Shown: positions 18,076-28,682 of the stretch, in pieces | Layout of the letters: every line of letters begins with the position of its first letter | Position numbering within the stretch: the stretch's first letter is position 1 | IMG/VR virus record: IMGVR_UViG_3300025097_001925 | Span: 1-60,553 of that record | Source: a virus | Taxonomy: Duplodnaviria > Caudoviricetes | Length of the DNA: 60,553 nucleotides | Strand: one strand, 5' to 3' | The notes under the pieces: generated by a model | Database searches by the model: none | What the model was told of the DNA's origin: nothing | Seen by the model: only the letters and a program-made list of their open reading frames with translations | Program-made: the position numbers and the translations under genes

Positions 18076-18978
18076 TTAATTTTCCTCCAAATATTTACCA
18101 GCTTCTCTGAGCCATTCTTCTAATTTATCATTACCTCTATAAGCTCCTCTTGTTTGATGAAAAAAGAAAGGTTTATCAACCAACCAAGCTTGTTCTCCAT
18201 AAGGAATATTAACTACGTGTTCTTTTGGTGAGACATGAAAAGATTCTGTTTCTTTTTTACCTATACCATATTTCTTTCTCATACGTTCAGTCCAGTAAGA
18301 ATTCTGTAAAATCAAAAATTTCTCATTCACAGCTTGTGCATATAAAGTTATATTTCCCCATAAGTCACGATAACTACAATCTGGATACATATTATGTCGT
18401 TCCATATTATGTCTTTTCATTAACCAAAACATAGGTCTCGCCATACCTAACTGTGGTTCATGGTCTTTAGCTTCTTTGAAAAGAGTACCAGGATCCCACC
18501 TATTAGAAATAAAGAAATACTTCTCAGCTAATTCTAAAACAGGGTGCCCCCATTTAGTCAAAAATATAGCATCATTATCTAGAGCACATATATACTGTCT
18601 ACTACCAGCTGTCAATCCCACAGCATAACCCCATTCACCATATTTACTACCAGCTACAACATGACAACCATCCATCCAACCAATCCATTCCATACCACCC
18701 TGTCTAAATGTACCATCACCACCAACGTGAGTAGTTGCAGATTGATTAACTCCATCAAGAACAACTACTTTATCATCATCTCCAAATATTTCATTTAATT
18801 CTTTCCGTTCCTTTTCCAAATCAATATAATTATTTACTATATAAATGGTATAATCTACATCACTCACATACTTATGAATACTTTTAACTAACAATTCCGT
18901 ATAAGCTGGTTTACAATGACTTATACACACAAAGTCTATACCAGAATCATATGGTACAGTTCTTCCTTCTTGACTCAC
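18076..18978 (-). CDS. GT2-like glycosyltransferase (paralog 3 of 3)
   Basis: GIDFVCI, CALDNDAIFL. Confidence 0.75.
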   Translation of the reverse strand: MSQEGRTVPYDSGIDFVCISHCKPAYTELLVKSIHKYVSDVDYTIYIVNNYIDLEKERKELNEIFGDDDKVVVLDGVNQSATTHVGGDGTFRQGGMEWIGWMDGCHVVAGSKYGEWGYAVGLTAGSRQYICALDNDAIFLTKWGHPVLELAEKYFFISNRWDPGTLFKEAKDHEPQLGMARPMFWLMKRHNMERHNMYPDCSYRDLWGNITLYAQAVNEKFLILQNSYWTERMRKKYGIGKKETESFHVSPKEHVVNIPYGEQAWLVDKPFFFHQTRGAYRGNDKLEEWLREAGKYLEEN

Positions 18979-19844
18979 GATGTAAACCTTACTACCATTT
19001 CTCTAATACCTTCTTCTATTGAAGTAAATTCAAAATCTGGTAAATAACTCATTAATTTACTATTATTACATATCTTCACTGACTCTCCAATATCTTTATC
19101 ACTTAACCATTCGATTTTACCTTCATATTTCATATACTCCACAATCAATTCTACAATTTCTTTTACTGTACTTACATAACCACTCGCTAATATTATTGGT
19201 TCAATAGAATTATACTCACTCATCATCCAATCAACTATTTTCTTCAAATCTTTTACATATAAAAAATCTCTTATTGGACTACCATCTCCATCAATTTCAA
19301 TAACATTCCTACCCTCTACTTTAGCTTTATATATTTTAGATATTAAAATTGATATAACTCCATTATCTACTGGGCTATTCGGGCCATAAATATTTGTTAA
19401 TATAGGTACAATACAGTTAATATCATATTGAGTTTTATAAGCATTAGCCATAACATGAAGCATTCTATTCTTATAACCATCAGTATAACAATTATCAGAA
19501 GGTTCACCACTAAAAAGTTTTCTTTCTTCAAGTACGTGAGCATCAGAATATAATGCGTTTATAGATGAAAATGTCAAAATATTTTTTACTCCTACCTTAG
19601 AAGCAGCATTAAAAACATTCATATTAATTAACATATTATCATAAAAGTGGTCGGCTCTCTCTGTTTTCATACCAATATAATTTTTTTGTTTGGCAGCACA
19701 ATGAATCAATGTATCTGGTCTATACTTTTTGAAACAATCAATAGTTTGTTCCAAATCCATCAAGTCTACATCCTTTGATGAAAGTTTTACATCACCCCTC
19801 AAATGAGAACCAATAAAACCAGTACCACCTGTTATTAAAATCAT
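18975..19844 (-). CDS. fcl: GDP-L-fucose synthase-like epimerase/reductase
   Basis: ITGGTGFIG, HCAAK, DN..IN.NV, NIYGP, GDGSPIRDFLY; the YxxxK site is atypical. Confidence 0.7.
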   Translation of the reverse strand: MILITGGTGFIGSHLRGDVKLSSKDVDLMDLEQTIDCFKKYRPDTLIHCAAKQKNYIGMKTERADHFYDNMLINMNVFNAASKVGVKNILTFSSINALYSDAHVLEERKLFSGEPSDNCYTDGYKNRMLHVMANAYKTQYDINCIVPILTNIYGPNSPVDNGVISILISKIYKAKVEGRNVIEIDGDGSPIRDFLYVKDLKKIVDWMMSEYNSIEPIILASGYVSTVKEIVELIVEYMKYEGKIEWLSDKDIGESVKICNNSKLMSYLPDFEFTSIEEGIREMVVRFTS

Positions 19845-21010
19845 ATTATATGCTCCTCATCAAAATATTTATTTACCCAATAAATAACATAATCTATATC
19901 TTTTTCTGTCATTCTATTCTGACAAGGTAAACTAATCAATTTCAACCACTCAGTATCTGCGACAGGATATTTTCTACCCTGTGTAAGAATATCATATTTG
20001 TGTAACGGTTTGAAATGTACAGAAGTATGTATATTTTTGTCAGCTAAATAATCTATTAAAGTATCTCTACCTTGATAATGGTTACTAAATCCTGAACCAT
20101 CGGGAGCTCTATTCGTAATAAGTTTTTCTTCTTTAGGAACTCTAGCACAATAATATTGTACAGTATCAGACCACTCTGGAGTTTCGACAAAAGGATGTAA
20201 TTCATTATTATATCTTTCCTGTATATGTCTACGAAACTCTAAATTTTTTGGAAGTTTTTTCATTTGTTCTAAACAAATGGCTGCCATAATATCAATCATA
20301 TAATACTTGTAACCAAGAATATCCACTTGATAGTCCCAGGCATATCCAGGTTTACCACTTTGACCTTGAGTTCTACTCCAAGTTGAAGATACACCAAACC
20401 AAGTCATTTCTCTACACTTATCAGCCAACTCTTTATCATTTGTAGTAATCATCCCACCATCTCCACAAGGCATTGTCTTTACTGCTTGAAATGACCATAC
20501 AGCTACGTCCCCACTTAAACCAGCTCCCTCTGTATAACAACTATGAGCACAATCTTCTATAATAAATCCACCAAACACTTTCCGTAACCCTTCATAATCA
20601 CAAGGAATACCAGCCATATTTACCGCTATAAGAGCCTCACTATCGGGTTTCTTCCACTTTTCAACTTCCTCTGGTGTCATACACAAAGTTCTTCTATCCA
20701 CATCTACAATATTAGAAGTACAATCATTCCACAGTGGTATAACAGCTGTAGCTATAAAAGATATAGTAGGATTTATAACATCAACTCCTTTGAAGCCAAG
20801 AGCTTTCATTACCAAATCTTGTCCGTGAGAATTACTTGTAACCGCTACAGCGTATTTGTGACCAACCATCTCGGCGAACCTCTCTTCAAACTCCTGTACC
20901 TTCGGTCCTTTTCCCCACCAACCACTTTCTATAACTTCTTGAAGAGCTTTTAGTTCTTCATCACCACCCGAAGGTCCGAGTACTGGTAATATGTTTTCTC
21001 TAATTTCCAT
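19841..21010 (-). CDS. DegT/DnrJ/EryC1/StrS sugar aminotransferase
   Basis: GPKVQEFE, IEDCAHS, SFQAVK, GDGGM. Confidence 0.92.
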   Translation of the reverse strand: MEIRENILPVLGPSGGDEELKALQEVIESGWWGKGPKVQEFEERFAEMVGHKYAVAVTSNSHGQDLVMKALGFKGVDVINPTISFIATAVIPLWNDCTSNIVDVDRRTLCMTPEEVEKWKKPDSEALIAVNMAGIPCDYEGLRKVFGGFIIEDCAHSCYTEGAGLSGDVAVWSFQAVKTMPCGDGGMITTNDKELADKCREMTWFGVSSTWSRTQGQSGKPGYAWDYQVDILGYKYYMIDIMAAICLEQMKKLPKNLEFRRHIQERYNNELHPFVETPEWSDTVQYYCARVPKEEKLITNRAPDGSGFSNHYQGRDTLIDYLADKNIHTSVHFKPLHKYDILTQGRKYPVADTEWLKLISLPCQNRMTEKDIDYVIYWVNKYFDEEHII

Positions 21011-21012
21011 TA

Positions 21013-21654
21013 TTAAACCTTTATAACTTTAACATTCTCCAAATTTGGATTAAAAGTTGAGTGTGTATATATATTAAATAGTGTATAAGGATTGAAGACT
21101 ATAAAGTTTTTTAAGAATGCCCTCATCTTAAGTGAATCCTCTCCTCTTCTAATTGCCACTTCGTCACTCGGAAATTCCTTACCATAAGCATACGCTGTTT
21201 CATAAAAATCAAGTCCTATAATATGAACTTCCGTTACATTACATTCTAAGGTAGCATAAGCTACACTTGCTACGCCTGAAGTTGGATAACAAAATGCATA
21301 TCTAGGATTGTTTGTTATCATATAGTTTTTATGTGTGTCATCCAATACCCTTGTAGGTATATAACCATTCCTACCTTCAATTTTTGGTGGAGGCCCAGGT
21401 ATAGTTTCTTTCAAATATGGTAATACAAACTCCACTACATTAAATTTTTTATAGTGTCCTCTTTCTATCATTAATTTAGGTTCATCAGGTACTAAACTTA
21501 AAACTTGAGTTAACTCTTTATCTATTAGTCGAGAAGAAATGGTTTCATTTTCAAGTTCATCCCCAAATCTATTCACTATGATATATTTATCAACTTCTGG
21601 AACTCTATCAATATGAGCTAATGAAGTTCCTCTACATAAAACTGCTACACTCAC
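21013..21654 (-). CDS. Putative sialyl/nonulosonyl transferase (GT42/Maf-like fold)
   Basis: RGTSL, IVN.F, PTSGV..., EVHIIGLDFY resemble Cst-II type motifs. Confidence 0.55.
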   Translation of the reverse strand: MSVAVLCRGTSLAHIDRVPEVDKYIIVNRFGDELENETISSRLIDKELTQVLSLVPDEPKLMIERGHYKKFNVVEFVLPYLKETIPGPPPKIEGRNGYIPTRVLDDTHKNYMITNNPRYAFCYPTSGVASVAYATLECNVTEVHIIGLDFYETAYAYGKEFPSDEVAIRRGEDSLKMRAFLKNFIVFNPYTLFNIYTHSTFNPNLENVKVIKV

Positions 21655-22367
21655 AAATCTTTATTTACCTTCAATATAACTCTTAAAAACCCTTCTTTCC
21701 CAGCTATGTCTCCGTATCTTGGTTTATTATCTGGAATAAAATCTATATCTTTTTCTATAACTTCAAACCTATCTTCTCTTGTAAACAATTCTATCCATTT
21801 TAATGACGAAAACTGAGACTTATGTAACTCTAAACCCCTTAAAGTCTTATATCTACTAGCCGCGTGGTTTAAATCATCCCTATTAGCTTCCCGCTGTAAA
21901 GCTATAGATAACACCAAATAGTGAGTTGCTACTCTATAAAATTCTTCTATTACTTTATCAACTTCTCTTGGTCTAATATGTTCTATTGTATCTGTAGAAA
22001 ATATTATATGAAATGAATTATCTTCAAATGGTATAGTAACCGCCGAACCAGTTACACAAGTAGTTAAACGTCTTTTTTCACAATATTCTATAGCTCTCGG
22101 TGCGGGGTCTATTCCCCAAGCATCGTAACCCATTCTACATAACGAATCAACGGCTGTTCCGTTAGAACATCCTACATCCAATAAAGTTACAGAACCACTT
22201 GGTGAGTATATTGACCCCGACTCTACACTATTTTTAAAATCTAATATAGTATCTGTTTGCATTTCACCTCTTATAATGGGAAGTGAACAACACGTATCTT
22301 TATCGTGGTAACTACTACCTTTATATAACTTATTATATGTTACTCTGTACCAATCGTATTTAGGCAT
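21651..22367 (-). CDS. Class I SAM-dependent methyltransferase
   Basis: LLDVGCSNG, GID, IPFEDNSF, TIEHI. Confidence 0.85.
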   Translation of the reverse strand: MPKYDWYRVTYNKLYKGSSYHDKDTCCSLPIIRGEMQTDTILDFKNSVESGSIYSPSGSVTLLDVGCSNGTAVDSLCRMGYDAWGIDPAPRAIEYCEKRRLTTCVTGSAVTIPFEDNSFHIIFSTDTIEHIRPREVDKVIEEFYRVATHYLVLSIALQREANRDDLNHAASRYKTLRGLELHKSQFSSLKWIELFTREDRFEVIEKDIDFIPDNKPRYGDIAGKEGFLRVILKVNKDL

Positions 22368-23244
22368 TTGGTCTCAATTTCTCCCGAACTTTAATTTCAC
22401 TATCTGTTACTATTTTTTTATCTGTACCCAACATATCCAACACCTTATCACATCTCTTTCTCAACATATCCATAGCAAACACCTCTAAACTTGAACTATG
22501 GTCTGTTCCCCACATACTATGGTCTAATGTTATATGTCTTTCAATTACTCTGGCCCCTAACGTAATAGCTATAAGTGGTGGTTCTAAGTATTTCTCATGA
22601 CCAGAATAACCTACTGGACAATGATATCTATCTTGTAATGTATTAATAACTCGTAAATTCAATTCATTCTCAGGAGCTGGGTATGTAGAATTACAATGTA
22701 ATAACATAAAATCATGATGAAAATAATCCCTAAGTGCGTAATAAACATAACCACCTTTCAATGTTTCAACGGTTTTGTCGATTTCCTCTAAGGTACTCAT
22801 ACCAGTACTCAAAATTAAAAACTTTCCAGTTTCAGTCGCAGCATTAATTAAATCTAAATCTGTAAGTAAAGCCGATGGTATTTTAATAAAAGGAACATCA
22901 TACTGACTCATAAACTCTAAACTATCCATATCCCAAACCGATGCTGTCCAATCTATAGATTTCTCTTTACAGTACTTATCTATATAATCATACTCTTCCT
23001 TACCAAACTCAACTCTATGTTTATATTCAAGATAAGTCATAGTTCCCCAAGGTGTCTCTCTCATAACTCCCTTTTGTTTCTCAGGAATACAAACATCTGG
23101 ATTTCTCTTTTGAAACTTTACACAATCCCAATTACTCGCAAAAGAAGCATCAATAAGTTTCTTAGCTATTTGTAAATCACCATTATGATTTATACCTACC
23201 TCAGCTATAAAATAAGGTTCATCTAAGTTATAAAAATCTACCAT
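22360..23244 (-). CDS. neuB: N-acetylneuraminate (nonulosonate) synthase family
   Basis: FIAEVGINHNG, VKFQKR, LSTGMS, LHCNSTYP, GYSGHE, IERHITL; no C-terminal SAF domain. Confidence 0.93.
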   Translation of the reverse strand: MVDFYNLDEPYFIAEVGINHNGDLQIAKKLIDASFASNWDCVKFQKRNPDVCIPEKQKGVMRETPWGTMTYLEYKHRVEFGKEEYDYIDKYCKEKSIDWTASVWDMDSLEFMSQYDVPFIKIPSALLTDLDLINAATETGKFLILSTGMSTLEEIDKTVETLKGGYVYYALRDYFHHDFMLLHCNSTYPAPENELNLRVINTLQDRYHCPVGYSGHEKYLEPPLIAITLGARVIERHITLDHSMWGTDHSSSLEVFAMDMLRKRCDKVLDMLGTDKKIVTDSEIKVREKLRPNA

Positions 23245-23918
23245 GCTGTCCAACCCCCATCCACCGTAAAAGTAGTTCCTGTTGTATATGTAGAATTTTC
23301 AGAACACAAGTAATCTAATAAACCATTTAATTCATTAACTTTCATCATTCTACCTAAAGGAACTCTTTCACTATACCTTTCTTTAAATTCTTTTGTCTGA
23401 TTAAATTCTACTCCACCAGGAATAACACAATTCACTCTAAAGTGGGGAGCTAAGTGTGTAGCCAAATGTCTTGTAAGTTGTATAACTCCAGCCTTAGACA
23501 CTCCGTAACCTATATGTTTCTCTTCACCCCCACCATAAAGTCTTTTATCTGGTGATACCACACCATAATGAGATGAAAAGTTAACTATAGTTCCCTGTGC
23601 ATTCATAAGAGCAAACTGTCTACATACAGAAAACAATGTTGTTAAGTTCGCTCGTAAATAATCATCAAAACTTTTTAAATCAATACTATACAAACTCGTA
23701 GAAGTTTTTTCATCTGTAATATGATGTTGTAATGCAAACAAATTAATAACATATTTCACAGGATTTTCCATGAACCATTCCTTAACAAAATTCTCATCTG
23801 TTAAATCGTGTCCCAACTTCAAGTCCAATCTAAATACTTCATCACCATTACGTTCAAAATAAGAAGATACCTCTCTACCAATTAAACCTTCAGAACCAGT
23901 TATTACTATCTTTCTCAT
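23238..23918 (-). CDS. Short-chain dehydrogenase/reductase (PtmA-like)
   Basis: ITGSEGLIG, SSHYG, YGVSK, PGG, VDGGWTAW. Confidence 0.88.
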   Translation of the reverse strand: MRKIVITGSEGLIGREVSSYFERNGDEVFRLDLKLGHDLTDENFVKEWFMENPVKYVINLFALQHHITDEKTSTSLYSIDLKSFDDYLRANLTTLFSVCRQFALMNAQGTIVNFSSHYGVVSPDKRLYGGGEEKHIGYGVSKAGVIQLTRHLATHLAPHFRVNCVIPGGVEFNQTKEFKERYSERVPLGRMMKVNELNGLLDYLCSENSTYTTGTTFTVDGGWTAW

Positions 23919-25846
23919 TTATCAAAATGTTCTATTGTATTTCTAAGAGCATACAACTGAATATTCCTTTCTAATTCATTTGCTTGGTTAGTTGTAAATT
24001 GCATCAAATTCTTTTGTAGTTTTTCAGCTACTGGAACATCACCCCACCCTATATCTTTAAACGCTGGTTCTCTATTTTGAGTTTTCCACGCCGCATAAAT
24101 ACCATCACCATCAAGTTCTATATATTTCTTCCTAAATGCCTGCCACGGTATTCCATACTTCTCACCTTCATATAAAGCTGTAAATGTATAATAAGAATGT
24201 TTATATCCTTCTGGAGTTTTCTGAGGTATCAATAACTTAGTACCTGTATCTTTTATAACTTCCTCATAACCCAATCCCATTTGTATTCTTTTCTCACAAA
24301 ACTCATCTATATTCTCTGTCTGTGCAAGAGCCACAGCTGCACACAACTCAGGCATTCTATAATTGTATGCCATAACATTATGTCGTTCCCAATTTGGGTC
24401 TTGAAATTTATCTCTTGATATTCTAACCTTACCACTACCCGCTGTAATATTCTTAAACCCCACACCACCAAACTGTCTCATTCTTTTAGCAAATACTTTA
24501 TTATTTGTTGTTACTATACCACCATCCCCACTAGACAAATGTTTAGAATTTTCAAAACTCCAACTACCTACATCACCAATGGTTCCTGCTAACCTATTAT
24601 GATTATCAGTAGCTAAAAAACATTGAGCACAATCTTCAACAATATGGATTTTTCTGTGGTAAATAATCTTCAATAGTTTTTCCATATCACACATCAAACC
24701 ATAAATATGAACAGGCATTATAGCTTTTGTTTTACCTGTTATTTTATCTTCTACATCATCCATATCCATCAAAAAAGTATCTTCTCTAACATCAGCAAAT
24801 ACAGGTGTAGCTCCAGTTTGCCATACAGAAAATCCACACATAGCTGGAGTAAGAGCGGGAACTATAACTTCATCACCCTCACCGACTCCAAATGATTCCA
24901 AAGCCGTATGTAATGTAGAAGTTCCCGAATTAAAACCTATGGCATATTTTTGATTATGTTTCTCAGCAAATAAAGTTTCTAACCTTTCTATCATGGCTCC
25001 AGTTTCACTTGCTCCAAACCCATTATCTAAAACTTCACTCAAATACTTTTTCTCATTACCAGTAAATCTCCAACCTTTATTTTTTCTTACATCTATAGTT
25101 TTAGACTCCTGTAAAGACTTCCACTTTTTTTCTAAGTACGCGTTATATTGTACAATATCCCTATTCAAATTTAAGTAATCTGTTATCTCTGTAAAACTCA
25201 TACGGTTATGACCAAAGTAAGATATTACTTTATCAAAAAACTTGAAGTCATCTGCGTAATCTAAAGTCATTCTAACTTGTGGTCGTTTATACACATCAGG
25301 TACATTTTGTAATTCTTCAACTTGAAAAAGGTCAGTATCTTCAAAGTATACCCACATCATTTCAGTGTCATCTCTAGTTTTAATAGCACAAACCTTTTCC
25401 AAAGCATCTCTCTTAATACCATAAGTAAAAGCACCCACAGCTAAACCTGAACTTTTAATAAAATCAGTATTTGTTCTTTTATACTGCTTTAAAGCTAACT
25501 CTATTAAGTGTGGGTCACAAAATAAATCATCACCATCTACTGTTACAAAGAAATCAACATCATAAGTTTTACAAGCTAACAACCATCTTTTTAATTTATC
25601 TTTCTCACTTCCTCTAATATAATCAATACCATTTCGTACTGCTATTTCACATAAAACATCATCCTCTTTTTTCATTGTAGTACATAAAACTATATTATCT
25701 ATACCTGGTATCATACCATCAGAATAACCACGTAACATTCTATCTATCAAATGTTCTATAGTTGATTTACCTTTTATTTCTAATAAAGCTTTATTCTTCA
25801 ATCTAGAAGAATTTGTTCTAACTGTAATAAAGACGGATTTATTCAC
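23915..25846 (-). CDS. SpsF-like cytidylyltransferase fused to DegT aminotransferase
   Basis: N-half RTNSSRLKNKAL, RGSE, DGDD, RMTLDYADD; C-half NSGT, EDCAQ, SFENSK, GDGG. Confidence 0.88.
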   Translation of the reverse strand: MNKSVFITVRTNSSRLKNKALLEIKGKSTIEHLIDRMLRGYSDGMIPGIDNIVLCTTMKKEDDVLCEIAVRNGIDYIRGSEKDKLKRWLLACKTYDVDFFVTVDGDDLFCDPHLIELALKQYKRTNTDFIKSSGLAVGAFTYGIKRDALEKVCAIKTRDDTEMMWVYFEDTDLFQVEELQNVPDVYKRPQVRMTLDYADDFKFFDKVISYFGHNRMSFTEITDYLNLNRDIVQYNAYLEKKWKSLQESKTIDVRKNKGWRFTGNEKKYLSEVLDNGFGASETGAMIERLETLFAEKHNQKYAIGFNSGTSTLHTALESFGVGEGDEVIVPALTPAMCGFSVWQTGATPVFADVREDTFLMDMDDVEDKITGKTKAIMPVHIYGLMCDMEKLLKIIYHRKIHIVEDCAQCFLATDNHNRLAGTIGDVGSWSFENSKHLSSGDGGIVTTNNKVFAKRMRQFGGVGFKNITAGSGKVRISRDKFQDPNWERHNVMAYNYRMPELCAAVALAQTENIDEFCEKRIQMGLGYEEVIKDTGTKLLIPQKTPEGYKHSYYTFTALYEGEKYGIPWQAFRKKYIELDGDGIYAAWKTQNREPAFKDIGWGDVPVAEKLQKNLMQFTTNQANELERNIQLYALRNTIEHFDK

Positions 25847-26768
25847 TAAAAAACTCTCTGTTATTTTTCGTCCACTCAACAATAGCCGGTAGTTGACCTT
25901 CCAAAGTTCTTTTTGGTACCCAACCTAAACTTCTTAATTTAGTACTTACTGAATTATAACTCGGGTCTTGGGACGGTCTATCCTCTACATACTCTACAAC
26001 TTCATCAAAGTTTTTATTCATAACTTCACAAATCATCTTAGTAACTTGAAGTATAGAATATTCCTCATCAGTTGTTACGTTATAAATGTTTCTATTATGA
26101 CCTACATCCATCACTAATTCAACAGCATCCACAAAATCCTCTACGTGTAAAAAATTTCTTAATTGTGAACCATCCCCGTGTACTGGTAATTTTTTATTAT
26201 CTAACAAAAGAGATATAAATTTTGTTACTAACTTATCTGGAAATTGCTTTAGTCCGTATGCATTATTTAATCTCACCGACTTCCAATTAAGACCATAACT
26301 ATAACCATAGGAATGTAACAAAGATTCTCCAGCAGCTTTAGTAAATGAATAAGGGTTGGTGGGTAATGTCATAGAATCTTCATGTAACACTTCACCTGTA
26401 CCTATAACTTCGTCAGTACTTAAATGTATCAACGGTATATCACAATCTATACAAAATCTACTAAGATGGTGTAGTCCTAAAATGTTAATTCTTATAAAAT
26501 CTTTTGGTCTATCAAATGATTCATCAACGTGAGTCTCAGCTGCAGAGTTAATAACCAAATCAAAATTTCTTCCAATTCTTCTCATAGTCACCCAAGACCT
26601 ACCATCTTCTATACTGAAAGGCCAAATAACAACATCAGTATCAATTCTATCTATAGATGAAGTATGACCTAAATTATCATAAATCTGAACATCGTGTCCA
26701 TTATCACAAAATCTATTTACTATATGAGAACCTACAAACCCAGCTCCACCTGTTATTAATACTTTCAT
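25839..26768 (-). CDS. rmlB: dTDP-glucose 4,6-dehydratase-like
   Basis: ITGGAGFVG, AAETHVD.S, STDEV, PTNPYSFTK, QFPDKL, GDG...R. Confidence 0.85.
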   Translation of the reverse strand: MKVLITGGAGFVGSHIVNRFCDNGHDVQIYDNLGHTSSIDRIDTDVVIWPFSIEDGRSWVTMRRIGRNFDLVINSAAETHVDESFDRPKDFIRINILGLHHLSRFCIDCDIPLIHLSTDEVIGTGEVLHEDSMTLPTNPYSFTKAAGESLLHSYGYSYGLNWKSVRLNNAYGLKQFPDKLVTKFISLLLDNKKLPVHGDGSQLRNFLHVEDFVDAVELVMDVGHNRNIYNVTTDEEYSILQVTKMICEVMNKNFDEVVEYVEDRPSQDPSYNSVSTKLRSLGWVPKRTLEGQLPAIVEWTKNNREFFSE

Positions 26769-27793
26769 TATTCTTCCTCTACATTATCTAAATTTTTAAA
26801 TAAATTGTACCAATATTCTCCAAGATTTTCATACGTGTATTTAGTTGCGTATTGTTCTCGTATATTAGTATTTATTTCCATGTTCAATTTATCAAAATTT
26901 GTTAATATATAATCTATCTTTTCCTCCAAATCAGAAAAATCATATTCAGTTCCAATATATGTCACTCCTTCTTCATATATGGTAGGTATAGTTTTTACTT
27001 TTGATTGTTCTGGTTTCAGTATAATAGTTCCATACTGCATACACTCGAAATCACGAAAACATATTTCTCCCATACCAAACGGCGACAATGAAATCTTTGA
27101 ATTCCACAAATTTTTAATATACTCCTCAAAAGGTAATCTATCGTATATCATATTATATTTTTGTTTTAACGGTTCTAACATTTCCCATAAACCATTTCTA
27201 TGAGCTGTATAAAAATGGTCATTCCTTGAAGTGTGGTCTTCGTTGTACTTATGTTTACCTTGAAATATAGCACACACATCTACACCTTTACTCTCATTTA
27301 TAGGTTGAAATTGTCTATAACCTGGTACTAAATAACCTATATTCCAACCACTAAATTTTATACGATTCCATCTATCTTCAGGAATATCGTAACTTAAATC
27401 TAAATCACTCCCACTACCCCAAAACCATTTATTATGAACATACGGTACTTTATATTCCTCACATGTTCCCAACATTTGATTTTTAAAAAGATATATAGCG
27501 TCGGACTGTTCAAAAACTTCATATGCTCCCATTAAAGAAGTAGAATCAGTACCTTCAAATAAAAAATAATCTCCACTAATTTTGGAGAGATTATTTAACC
27601 CGTACTCTATACTTTCAGTTAAAGAAACTTTTTTATTCATGAAATCATGCATTCCGATAAACAAATAATCGAAGTCATCAGACTCCGTGATTTCAATACT
27701 ATAATCTTTTAGAACATCTTTAGCAAAGAATAATGGTCTAAAAGTAGGTTCATTTCTTCCTTGAAATGGGTTTGGTATTTTTATTTTTATCAA
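26768..27793 (-). CDS. Putative GT-B glycosyltransferase
   Basis: SKISLSPFGMGEICFRDFE motif. Confidence 0.65.
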   Translation of the reverse strand: MIKIKIPNPFQGRNEPTFRPLFFAKDVLKDYSIEITESDDFDYLFIGMHDFMNKKVSLTESIEYGLNNLSKISGDYFLFEGTDSTSLMGAYEVFEQSDAIYLFKNQMLGTCEEYKVPYVHNKWFWGSGSDLDLSYDIPEDRWNRIKFSGWNIGYLVPGYRQFQPINESKGVDVCAIFQGKHKYNEDHTSRNDHFYTAHRNGLWEMLEPLKQKYNMIYDRLPFEEYIKNLWNSKISLSPFGMGEICFRDFECMQYGTIILKPEQSKVKTIPTIYEEGVTYIGTEYDFSDLEEKIDYILTNFDKLNMEINTNIREQYATKYTYENLGEYWYNLFKNLDNVEEE

Positions 27794-27801
27794 ATTGTAA
27801 C

Positions 27802-28005
27802 CTAGTCATTTATTGCAAAATTTAATTCAAAAAATTCTTTACACAACTTTACAGCATAATGGTGTTGTCTTAAAGATGTTTTATCAGGCATATCTAAAAT
27901 ACTTAAACCTTCACGTACTGTTTCTTTAAGTAATTGTGCATGTACGTCATCCTGATGACCTTCATAATTTAACTCAATACCATCTTCATTTTTATACTTT
28001 TCCAT
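27802..28005 (-). CDS. Hypothetical protein
   Basis: TAATG-coupled ORF. Confidence 0.6.
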   Translation of the reverse strand: MEKYKNEDGIELNYEGHQDDVHAQLLKETVREGLSILDMPDKTSLRQHHYAVKLCKEFFELNFAIND

Positions 28006-28682
28006 TATGACTCCTTTGAATAATTCTTTTGGGTATCAACAAAAGTATTTTTTACTTCATTTATTATTTCCCCATATAGATTATTTTGTAATTCTTGTTT
28101 TTCTATATTTTTATGGTGATATAAACAAAATTCCTCTTTATGTGGAAGTTGAGAAATAACATCACAACCAACTATATTTTCATGAACACGACTTGCCCAC
28201 TTAATGTCTTCGGTGTTTCTAAAAATTCTCGCTTGTGGATCTGGAAAATTAATCCATCCTTTATCATTTACTCTCCAATTCCATTCTACTATATGTTCGT
28301 GTGTTAAACCATCAACTGTATTAATTCTAGGTACCCAAATCAAATCTACGTTATCATTACTTTCTAAAATTTGATGTAGATTTGTAATTAAAAACTCACT
28401 TGGCATTTCATCAGCATCTAAATGAAATATATAATCACCAGTACACATTTCCTTAGCATAATTCTTTTGAGCTGCGAAATCTCTTTGTAACTCACGTCTT
28501 TGCCACACAGTAACATAACCATCATCATAAAACTTGTTTAATACTTCTTCCATTTCTTCAACAGAAAAATCATCTAGAACAATAATTTCATCTTCTTCTT
28601 TTTTATGTTCGTAAACAAACGGTATTAATTGTTTAACCTCTTCAACTTCATTGTGAGTTGTTATAGCGTAACTAATCTTCAT
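28005..28682 (-). CDS. Glycosyltransferase family 2
   Basis: ISYAIT..NE, LDDFS, DFAAQKN, LDADE, VHE. Confidence 0.9.
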   Translation of the reverse strand: MKISYAITTHNEVEEVKQLIPFVYEHKKEEDEIIVLDDFSVEEMEEVLNKFYDDGYVTVWQRRELQRDFAAQKNYAKEMCTGDYIFHLDADEMPSEFLITNLHQILESNDNVDLIWVPRINTVDGLTHEHIVEWNWRVNDKGWINFPDPQARIFRNTEDIKWASRVHENIVGCDVISQLPHKEEFCLYHHKNIEKQELQNNLYGEIINEVKNTFVDTQKNYSKES

